Source: Vicinamibacteria bacterium (GTDB taxonomy: Bacteria; Acidobacteriota; Vicinamibacteria; Marinacidobacterales; Marinacidobacteraceae). Taken from it: a DNA stretch of 64,000 bases. The stretch lies in the NCBI GenBank assembly GCA_963668695.2, contig CAXXLQ010000004.1, positions 1,376,001 through 1,440,000 on the forward strand. Reading direction: 5' to 3'. Numbering within the stretch: position 1 is the stretch's first letter; each line of letters begins with the position of its first letter. The translations under genes were made by a program, and so were the position numbers. The notes beneath the pieces are model-generated. The model worked only from the letters and a program-made list of their open reading frames with translations. It was not told where the DNA came from and searched no databases. Of the stretch, positions 39,171 through 48,535 are shown piece after piece.

Positions 39171-40189
39171 CCCCGCGCCTCCCCGAGCCGCCCATACTCC
39201 GCCAAGCTGCGGCGCTCCACCACCACCCGCGGCGTCGATAGCACCTCCGCCGCGGGTTCCGAAGGCACCGACAGCACACCCGAATAGGGACGCTCGGCCA
39301 ACGGCCCCAACAAAAAGCGCTCCCGCTCGAACCGATCCAGCGGAACCTCCTTCAAGGTGCCGCGCACCCAGACGTTGGCCACCGTCTCCAGCCAGTGCAG
39401 CGCCTGATCGTTCAGGTCCTCGTCCGACACGAACTCCCGCCCATAGAAAAACCCGTCCCGGATATAGCGGATCGGACGCTCCACCTTCCCCTTCGTCTGC
39501 GCCCGATACGGCCGGCACGCCCGGATCACGAAGTCGCAGTGCCGCGAGAACCGCGAGAACTCCGCGTTCTTCAGCAACTCCCCCGCCGACGCCCGCCGAT
39601 CCTCGATGATCACCGCCTTCAACTGATCGAACAACAACTCCCAAGGCACCCCGCCGAAATACGCGAACGCCGCCTCCAACCCCCGCATCAGAACTTCCAT
39701 CGTCTGGCGCTCGTAGAACTGGAACCACAACAGCCGGGAATAGCCCAAAACCACCAGCAGCGCATACCGCTTCCCCCACGGCAGCCGAAACTCCGCGAAG
39801 TCCACCTGACCCTGCCGACCCGGAGCCGTCTCGAACCGAACCACCGGTTCCTTCCCAGGCTGCGGGCGAACCTGCCGCACATACCGCTTCACCACGTCAT
39901 AGCCCCCTTGGTAGCCCGACCCCCGTAACTCCCGGAACAGGCGCTCCGACGACAAATCCGGATACTCCGACAATCGGAGCCGCACGATCTCCTGGTACGG
40001 GTCCAGGATCGAGGGCACCCCCGCTCGCGGGCCGTAGGTCAAAGCCCCGGAGCCCCTACCAGCACCATCAGCCGCCGCCCAACGCGTCGCCGTCCGACGG
40101 CTGATCCCAAGATCCCGGCTGATTGCCGCCTTGCTCATCCCCCCCTTCAACAAGGCGCGGAACAGCACCCGTTTCGATATCTCGTGCAT
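39167..40189 (-). CDS. istA: IS21 transposase IstA
   Basis: HTH, RFETAPGRQGQVDF, FGGVP..LLFDQ, PYRAQTKGKVER. Confidence 0.93.
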   Translation of the reverse strand: MHEISKRVLFRALLKGGMSKAAISRDLGISRRTATRWAAADGAGRGSGALTYGPRAGVPSILDPYQEIVRLRLSEYPDLSSERLFRELRGSGYQGGYDVVKRYVRQVRPQPGKEPVVRFETAPGRQGQVDFAEFRLPWGKRYALLVVLGYSRLLWFQFYERQTMEVLMRGLEAAFAYFGGVPWELLFDQLKAVIIEDRRASAGELLKNAEFSRFSRHCDFVIRACRPYRAQTKGKVERPIRYIRDGFFYGREFVSDEDLNDQALHWLETVANVWVRGTLKEVPLDRFERERFLLGPLAERPYSGVLSVPSEPAAEVLSTPRVVVERRSLAEYGRLGEARG

Positions 40190-40348
40190 CACTTCTCCCC
40201 TCTCTGGGGAGCAGCGCCTTGCTCTGGACCCGGCCCGTCGATCAGTCCAAGGCGCACCCTTGGACAAGCTCCGCGCTGCCCGTTCTTCCAAAGCCGAGTG
40301 GGACATTTTGGCCGCCCAAAAGTGGGACTTTTTCAAAGCCCGCCAACA

Positions 40349-40530
40349 CCCGACCGCGAACGCGGACCATAGATCCCCGGCTCCTGACCCGAGGTCGAGC
40401 CTCCTCCAACCGATGCCTTCCAGTTGTAGGCCGTCTGACGACTGATCCCCAACTCCCGGCAGATCGCCGCCGTGCTCACTCCCGCCTGAACCAGGTGGCG
40501 GAAAACCCCGCGTATCGCTTCCCCGTACAC
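40349..40530 (-). pseudogene. 5' fragment of a second istA, cut by the inner IS left end at 40348
   Basis: VYGEAIRGVFRHLVQAGVSTAAICRELGISRQTAYNW...YGPR parallels the IstA N-terminus (ISRDLGISRRTA..W..YGPR). Confidence 0.8.
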
Positions 40531-40787
40531 AGCCTCTTCTCCGTGCAAAGAGCAGCGACCAACCCCAGGCCCGACTCCAGCTCCCGGAACCCCGCCACCT
40601 CGTCCCGGGCGCCCCGCTAACTCAATCCGAAGAGCCGAAGACACCATCTTCGCCGACGCGAAGTGTCCACTTCTGCAATCCCACAAATGTCCATTATTCG
40701 AGTCCCGCCGACACTTGGTGAGGCCGTCCGTGGCGCGCGCGTTGTAGCCGGCCGTAGCGGTCTGCTAGGTGGCCTCGGAGCTGCGAA

Positions 40788-41040
40788 TCACAGGGCGTTG
40801 ATCCGGATGAGGTCTTCCAGGCCGGAGAAATCGGCGGGGTTCCGCGTAAATAACGGCAGGCCGTGGGCCAGGGCAGTCGCGGCGATGAGCAGGTCGGCGA
40901 ACCGGCGGCGGCTCGCGCGACCGCTGCCTGGCATCGTCGCATAGAGACGACCGTAGGCCCGGGCGACTTCCCCATCGAGCGGAAGCGGCTCCCAGCTCGA
41001 GGCGGCCCACTGCAAACGGTCCCGTCGGCGGCCGCGCTCC
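40788..41040 (-). pseudogene. 5'-truncated VapC/PIN toxin
   Basis: PLPLDGEVARAYG..DLLIAATALAHGLPLFTRNPADF; the N-terminus is replaced by an IS end. Confidence 0.8.
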
Positions 41041-41190
41041 TGCTGCCAGGCGACACCTAAGACTGGGCCACCTGGCGACATCTAAAACTGGGCCATCCCC
41101 AGTGGTCCGGAAGGGGGCCGAGGGATGAGTGGAGGGGCGTGTACTTCCGTTCTGACGCCGGAGCAGGGCGTCGGGAGGGAAGAGATGCGG
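41041..41190 (+). mobile_element. Solo IS21-like end remnant
   Basis: Starts TG; two 22-bp repeats ggcgaca(c/t)ctaa(g/a)actgggcca with 25-bp period; no transposase follows. Confidence 0.6.
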
Positions 41191-41227
41191 ACTCTGGAGG
41201 ACGAATTCTTACTGGTAAGATTGCGCC

Positions 41228-41488
41228 ATGAACGATGTCATCACTACGAGGCTGTCTTCCAAGGGGCAGGTCGTAATCCCCGAGCCAATCCGTCAGCGGA
41301 TGAGTCTCAAACCGGGTGTGCGGTTTGTTGTCGTGGGTGATGCCGACGCCATTGTGCTGAAGCCGATCACCGCGCCTTCTCTGGATGAATTCAATTCCCT
41401 CATCGCCAAAGCTCGCCGGGCCGCACGTGAAGCGGGTCTCCGCAGATCGGACATTACCGCCGCCATAAAGGCGGTCCGCTCGCGGTGA
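41228..41488 (+). CDS. AbrB/MazE/SpoVT family antitoxin
   Basis: TRLSSKGQVVIPEPIRQRMSLKPG. Confidence 0.9.
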   Translation: MNDVITTRLSSKGQVVIPEPIRQRMSLKPGVRFVVVGDADAIVLKPITAPSLDEFNSLIAKARRAAREAGLRRSDITAAIKAVRSR

Positions 41489-41898
41489 GAGTCGTTCTCG
41501 ACACCAATGTCCTCGTTTCGGCCGTGTTCTTCGGAGGGACGCCAGGTCAGGTGCTCTCGCACTGGCGAGATCGGGCGTTTGAAATTGCGGTGTCCCGGGA
41601 GGTTCTTGAAGAATACGTGCGCGTTGGCGAGCGGCTTGCGGTGCGGGCACCCGGTGTTGATCTTGGTCCTGCGCTGGACTTGATTGCGGCGCATGCAACC
41701 TTCGTCACCTCCGCGCCCCTCCCGGAACCGGTCTGTCGAGATCCTGATGATGACAAATTCCTTGCCTGTGCCCTGGCTGCCGAGGCCAAGTACATCGTCA
41801 GCGGAGATCGGGACCTTCTTGCTCTCTCCCCCTACCGGGGTGTCATCGTCCTGAGTCCGCGTGCTTTCGTCAAACAGTTGCCGCACCGCCCTTCCTGA
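41485..41898 (+). CDS. PIN family toxin
   Basis: RVVLDTNVLVSA, CRDPDDDKFLACA, IVSGDRDLL. Confidence 0.9.
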   Translation: MRVVLDTNVLVSAVFFGGTPGQVLSHWRDRAFEIAVSREVLEEYVRVGERLAVRAPGVDLGPALDLIAAHATFVTSAPLPEPVCRDPDDDKFLACALAAEAKYIVSGDRDLLALSPYRGVIVLSPRAFVKQLPHRPS

Positions 41899-41975
41899 CG
41901 ACTGCGCCAAGCAGAAACGGTCGCGCTCAGCGGCAGGGCGGCTTGATGGCCGGGCGTGCGAAACCGGCCGGGCGA

Positions 41976-43094
41976 TCAGTCCTGGGCGCGCTCGTACTTC
42001 GTGAGGCCGCCCACCGCGAACGGGCGGGAAGCCGGTCCTTCCGCGACGAACACGTTGCCGTCCTCGTCCACCGCAACCCCCTCACCGGCGAGTCCCTGGA
42101 GGACCCTCCCTTCGGTCGGGTAGTGCGGCGGAATGAAACCCGTCACCTTGTCCTCACTGGCGTTCCCGATCCGGACGCCGTTCAACCAGCCGAAGTGGTT
42201 GGTCTCGGTGGACTCCGAGTCGATCGCATAGAGCGTGTCGTCGTCGGTGATGAAGAGCCCGCTGACCCGGCTGAACTGGTAGTAGGTGTCGAGCAGATTG
42301 CCGTCCTGATCGAAGATCTGGAGGCGGTGGTTGCCGCGGTCGGCGACGAAGAGCCGGCCCTGGGAATCGAATTCCAGCGCGTGCGGAGTACGGAACTGGC
42401 TCGGACGGAACCCGATGATGCCCCACTCCTTGATGAAGTTGCCCTCGGCATCGAACTTCAGGATGCGCCCGGTCCTCCCTTCGGGTGGATCCGGACTCTG
42501 GCCGCTGTGACCGTCGGACACGAAGATGTCACCGTTCGGGGCGGTGATGACGTCGCACGGCTCGTAGAGCTGGCCGGGCCCGCTGCCCGGCCGACCGGCG
42601 GTTCCGAGACGCATCAGCACTTCGCCCTCGGGGCTGAACTTGATCACCTGGTGTCCCTTGGTTCCGGCCTCGTTGCCCTGGGAATCGGTGACCCAAACGT
42701 TCCCCTCGTCGTCGACGTGAAGTCCGTGGGGGAGCACGAAGAGTCCGGCGCCGAACTCGGCGAGGACTTCGCCGGTGTGACGATCGAACTTCAGAACCGG
42801 ATTCACCGTGGGGTTCTCCTCGCAACCGCCGGCCAGCGCGTTCGCTCCGCATCGGTCATAGACCCAGACGTGGCCGTCGGGTCCTATGTCCACACCGGCG
42901 GTGGAACCCCAGCTGCGGCCGTCCGGGAGATCCGCCCACTGGGTGATGACAACCGGGTTCGGATTCGGCAGGTTCCGTTGGACGAGATCGGCGTTCCCGG
43001 ACGGCTCTTCCATTTCGGCGGGCATCTCGCCGCCACAGCCAAAGATGGCGAACGCCAGGCCGCCCGCTAGCAAGAGGATCTTCACATCGCGCAT
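41976..43094 (-). CDS. NHL-repeat beta-propeller lipoprotein (peptidyl-alpha-hydroxyglycine amidating lyase-like)
   Basis: FGC lipobox; LPHGLHVDDEGNVWVTD, HQVIKFSPEG, FRTPHAL, VADRGNHRLQIFD. Confidence 0.85.
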   Translation of the reverse strand: MRDVKILLLAGGLAFAIFGCGGEMPAEMEEPSGNADLVQRNLPNPNPVVITQWADLPDGRSWGSTAGVDIGPDGHVWVYDRCGANALAGGCEENPTVNPVLKFDRHTGEVLAEFGAGLFVLPHGLHVDDEGNVWVTDSQGNEAGTKGHQVIKFSPEGEVLMRLGTAGRPGSGPGQLYEPCDVITAPNGDIFVSDGHSGQSPDPPEGRTGRILKFDAEGNFIKEWGIIGFRPSQFRTPHALEFDSQGRLFVADRGNHRLQIFDQDGNLLDTYYQFSRVSGLFITDDDTLYAIDSESTETNHFGWLNGVRIGNASEDKVTGFIPPHYPTEGRVLQGLAGEGVAVDEDGNVFVAEGPASRPFAVGGLTKYERAQD

Positions 43095-43203
43095 GGTGTC
43101 GCTCCTTCGAAGGGTCTGAGACCAGTCAAACCGAGACTGGCCGGACCGCAGTGTACCCGCGAGTCGCGGCTCCGGGCCGTTCGAGGATACGCGGGCCCGA
43201 ACG

Positions 43204-45147
43204 TCAGGGCCGGGCGGCCCCGGCGGGCAGTGGGCCCACGTAGGGACGTCCGGCGCGGTAGAGATCGAGGCGCTGGCGGATGGCCGCCGCCAGATCGGCT
43301 GTACCCCCGCTCCCGGCGAGAGCGGCAGCGCGCTCTGCTGCCTGGATTGCGTTCCGGTAGTCACCCGCGGCTGCGTAGGCAGCACCGAAGAGATCCAGCG
43401 ACCGGGGTTCCTGGAAAGAGAATTGTCCAGCAAGGCGCTCGGCGAGCCGAACCGCTTCCGCGGGATCGCGCAGGTCGCGCCGCGGATGGGCGGCAAGGAT
43501 TCCGGCGAGTGGGCCGAGCGCGGCCGGCATTGCGGGTTCGATTTCCAGCGCGTCCCGGAATGCGGCGACGGCTTCCGCGGGTCGGTCGGCGCCCAATAGA
43601 GCCGCACCGAGGGCCGCGTGCACACCCGCGGAGTCGGGACTCAGTTCCGCGGCGGTGGCAAGCGGCGCCACCGCCCCGCTGTAGTCGCCCGTGTCGAGCA
43701 ACAGGTCCCCGAGTTCGTAGAAGGCGTGGGGCGTTTGAGGTCGTTCGGCGGAGGCGTCCCGAAAGATGGTGAGCGCCTCGGCGGTTCGTCCGCCGTCGCG
43801 GAGGAGCGCCCCGGCCTTCAGCCGCGTCTGGTAGTCGGCACCTAGGGCCAGCGCTTCCCGGAGCAGTACCTGTGCCTCGCTCCGCGCGCCACGGATATGC
43901 AGGAGTTCCGCGAGCCCCGTCCAGAGCCGCGCGGTCTTTGCCGGTGGGTTCTCCTCCGGCATCCGCCGCTTGTACAACTCCTCGAGCCAGGCAAGCTCCC
44001 GGCGGCCGGCGGCTGATCCGGGAGTTGGCGGGGTTCCGGGAAGTCGGATCCAGTGGTCCGTGAACGGGGTGCCATGGAACGCCTCGCTCTCGGTCGGCAA
44101 ATGGCAGGCGGCGCAGTCCGCTTCGGCCGCCACTGGGGTCTGCCGGTGCAATGACGGGGCATCCTCGTGACACCGCGAGCAGACGGCGCGGGTCCGCTCT
44201 GGACCGGCCAGTTCCGGCCGATGCGGGTCATGGCATTCGGTGCAGGTGATCGTGCTTTCCGGACGCGATTCCCGGAAGCACGCGCTCATCATCAGGCTCG
44301 CCCCAGCGTGCCGGGCCAGCAGCGGGTCGCGGGCGAGGATGTCCCGCGGCTCGAAGTCGGTCGGCTGGCGGTGGCACTGTCCACAGAAGGCGACCTGCTC
44401 TGCGGGCGAAAGCCGCCCGGGATGGAAGATGGGACCGGGATCGCCCCCGCCGGACTGGGCCTCCACATGCGCGATCCCCGAGCCGTGGCAACGTTCGCAG
44501 GAGACGCCCAGCACCGCCCGATGGGGGTCGAAGCGTTCGTCCCCGTCCCAGGCGACGGCGGTGGCGTGACAGCCGATGCAGTTCGCGCTCTCTTCGGTCG
44601 TGTCGAGGTTTCCGAGGGGATCCTCGTCGTCTTCCCCCCCGGGAGTCGGGATCCAGCCGTCCCGCGCGTGGGAGAACGAGAGCCGCAATTCGCGGAGCCG
44701 GGCACCGGGCGCGAAAGAAACCGGAGTCAGACCCCGCAGGCCGGATCCAAAGACGGCGTCCACGGGGACGGAGCGAGGGTTGGCGTCCGGCGCTGCGAAC
44801 CGGACTCCTCCGTCGGCTTCGATTTCATAGGCCGGTTGCTGTCCGATCCCTGCCGGCCAGGAAACCACCCGCGCGAGCATCTCGTCCGAGAACCAGCGAT
44901 CGCGCGCCTCCCCGGTCACCGCGCCGGCGGTTTGGGCCATCGGATGCCCGGCTTGCGTGGCCGCGATGTCCGCGTGGCAGGCGCCGCACACCGCGGCGCC
45001 CACACCCTCGTCCGGGTCGGCGAGGGGTTCTCTTGGCGCTGTCACTCGCTCAGGCGGAGACTCCGTGCGATCGGAACGATCTCCACAGCCCCAAGTGGTT
45101 CCCAGCAGGAGCGCCGCCGCAATCGTGGCGCTTCGGGGCGGGAGCAC
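43204..45147 (-). CDS. Multiheme (7 CxxCH) cytochrome c lipoprotein with C-terminal TPRs
   Basis: WGC lipobox; CGACH, CIGCH, CERCH, CGQCH, CTECH, CSRCH, CAACH; FTDHWI; TPR tail. Confidence 0.9.
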   Translation of the reverse strand: MLPPRSATIAAALLLGTTWGCGDRSDRTESPPERVTAPREPLADPDEGVGAAVCGACHADIAATQAGHPMAQTAGAVTGEARDRWFSDEMLARVVSWPAGIGQQPAYEIEADGGVRFAAPDANPRSVPVDAVFGSGLRGLTPVSFAPGARLRELRLSFSHARDGWIPTPGGEDDEDPLGNLDTTEESANCIGCHATAVAWDGDERFDPHRAVLGVSCERCHGSGIAHVEAQSGGGDPGPIFHPGRLSPAEQVAFCGQCHRQPTDFEPRDILARDPLLARHAGASLMMSACFRESRPESTITCTECHDPHRPELAGPERTRAVCSRCHEDAPSLHRQTPVAAEADCAACHLPTESEAFHGTPFTDHWIRLPGTPPTPGSAAGRRELAWLEELYKRRMPEENPPAKTARLWTGLAELLHIRGARSEAQVLLREALALGADYQTRLKAGALLRDGGRTAEALTIFRDASAERPQTPHAFYELGDLLLDTGDYSGAVAPLATAAELSPDSAGVHAALGAALLGADRPAEAVAAFRDALEIEPAMPAALGPLAGILAAHPRRDLRDPAEAVRLAERLAGQFSFQEPRSLDLFGAAYAAAGDYRNAIQAAERAAALAGSGGTADLAAAIRQRLDLYRAGRPYVGPLPAGAARP

Positions 45148-45180
45148 GCTGCGATCTTGGCCGAAGTCACGCCCAAAAGG

Positions 45181-45220
45181 AAAGGCCCGCCGGCTCCTTC
45201 CGGAGCCGACGGACCCTTTT
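45181..45220 (-). terminator. Hairpin terminator after TBDR2
   Basis: ggcccgccggctcc-ttcc-ggagccgacggacc flanked by A/T runs. Confidence 0.75.
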
Positions 45221-45240
45221 TGGTGGAAGACCCCGAAGGA

Positions 45241-48135
45241 TCAGAAGGTAAGTCGTACGGACAAACCGATGGTTCGTCCCTTCAGGTACTCCACAATTCG
45301 TTGATACGGAACTACGGAATCGAGCAACTGGGCGTTCACAACCGTGTTTGCGTTCATCGCGTTGAAGATGTCGAAAATGAACTGTGCGGTCATGCGATCG
45401 CCCATCGCGAAGGACTTGTCGAGTCGCAAGTCCACGATTGTCACATTCGGCGAGCGGTCCTCACTCATGGGGGCGAGCCAGGAGATGACCGTCACCCGTC
45501 CGTCATACACCGTGTTCCGGTGGGTCGGCGCGAAGTTGTACCCACTCACGAACCGATACGTTCCCGCCAAACCGATCTCGTACGGCAAGACATATCGCGC
45601 GGAAGTCTTCAACTGATAAGTGGTCGTATCCTGAACGGTGGGAATGTCCTGATCGTAGTTGAGGAACCAACCCTGTGCCGTGGGGTCGGAAGACAGCGGC
45701 GAGCTTGTTGCCCCGCCGCTGGACGACCCGGCCGCGCTCCGCGGTTCAGAGCGCCACTGGTAGTCGAAGTACACGTTGTAGAAGAAGTTGTTCCGGAACC
45801 GCTTGTTCAGCGCCAGGGACATGGTGTGGAAGTCCATGTCGCTCTCGCCCGCCGGGTGGTTCGTGGTCAGCCTGTCGGTCGTGCCGACCAGTTCCTCGGG
45901 GTAGAGGAGCAGGTTGAAGGAGCGGTTGTAGCCCGCCGGACAATTGTCGCAGGTCGGAATCGTGATCGGGGTGTTCAGGCCCAGGTCGGCCTGGTCGTAG
46001 CTGCCCCAGGTGTTGCGCATCCGTTTGTACACATACGACGCCCGCGCACCGAGGTCGGCGGTCACCTCGTGCTCGACCGAGGCGCTCAACTCGTCCGCCC
46101 AGGGGAGCGTCCAATTGCTGTCGATGGGCGTCGTCGAACCGGATCCGGCGCCCGCGGTGAACGAGAGCTGCTGTCCGAGTTCCGAGGAATCGTCGAGGAT
46201 TCCGTTCATGTTCTGGTCGAGGAACACGTAGCGGGCGGAAGGCTGGCCACCCGGGTTCGCTGACAGCAGGCCTGTACCGATGTTGGAGAAGTAGCGCCCG
46301 AAGTAGGTCTTGAAGACCGTGGAACCCTCACCGGTCAGGTCGTAGGTCAGCCCGACGCGGGGAGCGATGTTCCAGTGGCTGAACACATCGTCACCCGGGG
46401 TGACGCCGCCGGTACCAAAGGCGTCCATGAGGATCTGGCTCTGATTGGCCGGAAGTTCGAACTGGCACTGCAAAACATCCTGACACGCGCTTCCGGGGGA
46501 GTTGTCCGCCTCGAGGTAAGTGAGGATCTGGCTGCCTACCCGGACGCCGGCCAGCAGGGTCAGGCGGTCGTTCACGGTCCACACGTCCTGCACGAAGAAG
46601 TCCGCGTGCATGTTGGGGTTTTCCACCAGGTTGGGAACTCCCACGAGGTCGATCTGGTGCACGTTGTGCGGGCGGCCCTGGCCCGGATCGTCGCGGTACC
46701 GGAAGGCGCCGGAGTTCGTGTTGAACCCGCGGAGTTCACTGTCAATCTGCCAGTCCCAGCCGAACTTGAAGTCGTGGCTGCCGCTGCCGATCGGGACGTA
46801 GTAGTTGAACTGGGCCGTGCTCTGCGGCTTCCAGCGGTTCCTGGTGAACGGCTGCCAGCCCGCTCCCGACACATGGCTGTTAGCGAGGTTGAGGCGTGGC
46901 TCGTTCCCGTTGATCGGATCCGCTTTGGGGACCATTGGCCACGTCGTTCCCATGTGGCCGATCATGATGTTGCTGAAGAACCGGTCGCTCCAGACCCGCT
47001 GCCACTCGGCCTTGTGCAGCCAGATCCAGTAGTCCTGGGCGAGGATGGAATCGGCGGGACGCGTCGCGGAGAGTCCGCGGTTGGGCTTGCGCTTCCAGGA
47101 CCACGTCGAAAAACCGATGAACTGGTCGCGCTCGGTGATCTGGTAGTTCACCTTCGCGGTGAAGATGTCGAAGTCGCCGATGTCGGTCGCGAGGTTCTGA
47201 TCCACGCCCGAGATCGCGGTGTCGATATAGAAGTTGTTGTAGGCGGCATAGAACCACGCCTTGTCCCGGACGATGGGACCGCCGAGGTCCAGGTGAAACT
47301 CGTAGAACTTGAGCACCGGTGACGGGGAGCCGTCCCGCGCCCCCAATTCGGAGTTGAAGTTGTCGGCGATCAGATTCGGCGGATTGTACGCCCCGCTCTG
47401 GAGGCCCGAGAAGTCGTTGCCGCCGGTCTTGACGGTCGTCTGGATCTGCGCTCCGGGAGTGGACATTTCCACGTCCGCGCCCTGCGCCGAGACCTGGAAC
47501 TCCTCCATCGCGTAGTAGTCGTAGTAGCCGCCGGCGCTGCCGGTGCCCTCCGTGGTGTTCACGCCCTCGTAGAGGACCCGGTTCTGGCTCCGCACGCCGA
47601 AGGTCTCGTACCTGGACTGCTGGCTCTTGTGCGAGCCGCCCACGTCATAACCCTGCACCCGGATGCCCGGGCTCAGGTGCAGCACCGCCCACATGTCGGT
47701 CGCGGTGGGGACCTCGTCCAACTGGGTCTTGTCGAAGGTGGCTGCCACGCCGGTGGACTTCACGTCCACCACCGGCGACTCACCGGTGACGGTGACCGTC
47801 TCGGCCACCGTGGCGATCTGCATGTCGGCGTTCACGCTGAAGGTGGCGCCGGTGACGACGCGCACTTCCTCGAACACTATGGTCTGGAAGCCGCTCAGCT
47901 CGAACTGGAGGGTGTAGTCGCCCGGGGGCAACGCCTGGAACCGGTAGGAGCCGTTCACGTCGGTGGTGGCGTTCCTGCCGCCGATGATGGACTCACCCGA
48001 GAGGGTCACCGACACTCCGGGGAGGGCGAGTCCCTGGGCGTCGCGCGCCGCGCCTTCGAGGCGTCCGTACTGCTGCTGGGCGAGTGCCGGGACGGCAAGC
48101 GTCAAGAACAGAAAAGCGAGAAATACTCGTCTCAT
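45241..48135 (-). CDS. Oar-like TonB-dependent receptor (TBDR2)
   Basis: Paralogue of TBDR1; GGAGG RBS before ATG 48135; ends RLTF. Confidence 0.9.
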   Translation of the reverse strand: MRRVFLAFLFLTLAVPALAQQQYGRLEGAARDAQGLALPGVSVTLSGESIIGGRNATTDVNGSYRFQALPPGDYTLQFELSGFQTIVFEEVRVVTGATFSVNADMQIATVAETVTVTGESPVVDVKSTGVAATFDKTQLDEVPTATDMWAVLHLSPGIRVQGYDVGGSHKSQQSRYETFGVRSQNRVLYEGVNTTEGTGSAGGYYDYYAMEEFQVSAQGADVEMSTPGAQIQTTVKTGGNDFSGLQSGAYNPPNLIADNFNSELGARDGSPSPVLKFYEFHLDLGGPIVRDKAWFYAAYNNFYIDTAISGVDQNLATDIGDFDIFTAKVNYQITERDQFIGFSTWSWKRKPNRGLSATRPADSILAQDYWIWLHKAEWQRVWSDRFFSNIMIGHMGTTWPMVPKADPINGNEPRLNLANSHVSGAGWQPFTRNRWKPQSTAQFNYYVPIGSGSHDFKFGWDWQIDSELRGFNTNSGAFRYRDDPGQGRPHNVHQIDLVGVPNLVENPNMHADFFVQDVWTVNDRLTLLAGVRVGSQILTYLEADNSPGSACQDVLQCQFELPANQSQILMDAFGTGGVTPGDDVFSHWNIAPRVGLTYDLTGEGSTVFKTYFGRYFSNIGTGLLSANPGGQPSARYVFLDQNMNGILDDSSELGQQLSFTAGAGSGSTTPIDSNWTLPWADELSASVEHEVTADLGARASYVYKRMRNTWGSYDQADLGLNTPITIPTCDNCPAGYNRSFNLLLYPEELVGTTDRLTTNHPAGESDMDFHTMSLALNKRFRNNFFYNVYFDYQWRSEPRSAAGSSSGGATSSPLSSDPTAQGWFLNYDQDIPTVQDTTTYQLKTSARYVLPYEIGLAGTYRFVSGYNFAPTHRNTVYDGRVTVISWLAPMSEDRSPNVTIVDLRLDKSFAMGDRMTAQFIFDIFNAMNANTVVNAQLLDSVVPYQRIVEYLKGRTIGLSVRLTF

Positions 48136-48182
48136 GGGCCCCTCCGGAGTGGGGAAGGCAAAAAAAACGGGGTGCAAACCCG

Positions 48183-48197
48183 GCAACAGGTGCGCCA
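48183..48197 (-). promoter_or_regulatory. Putative sigma54 promoter of TBDR2
   Basis: TGGCGCACCTGTTGC. Confidence 0.7.
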
Positions 48198-48230
48198 GAG
48201 CCCCGGGACGCCGGAGCGCCCGGAACAAAG

Positions 48231-48443
48231 CTATCGGATTCCGGGGGTTGGATGCGAACGCCAGACGTCGAGACCGCCTGAAGGCGATGCTGGTGTCCAA
48301 ATTCCCGACCCCGGCGATCCGAAAATCCGGAACTCTGGAATCGGCCCGCGTGGCGCTTCCCGGCGATCGCTCTCGGCGCCGCAGCCCCAGGTCGTTACCA
48401 GCAGTACCGCCACTGGGACGGCGGCGCTTCGGGACGGGAGCAC
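48231..48443 (-). pseudogene. Duplicated 5' remnant of the multiheme cytochrome gene
   Basis: VLPSRSAAVPVAVLLVTTWGCGAESDRREAP vs MLPPRSATIAAALLLGTTWGCGDRSDRTESP; the upstream spacer and terminator are also homologous. Confidence 0.8.
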
Positions 48444-48476
48444 GCAGCGATCTTGGCCCAAGTTGCGCCCAAAAGG

Positions 48477-48513
48477 AAAGGCCCGCCGACCCCTTGCGGG
48501 GCCGACGGGCCTT
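48477..48513 (-). terminator. Hairpin terminator after TBDR3
   Basis: aaggcccgccgaccc...gggccgacgggcctt with a U-rich tail on the minus strand. Confidence 0.75.
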
Positions 48514-48535
48514 GGTGGTGGGTGACCCTACCGGG

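Larger units (their letters stand above)
37979..40713 (-). mobile_element. IS21-family element (chimeric, two left ends), flanked by 5-bp TSD CTTGG
   Basis: TG...CA ends with internal repeats; CTTGG at 37974-37978 and 40714-40718; istA-istB inside. Confidence 0.9.
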
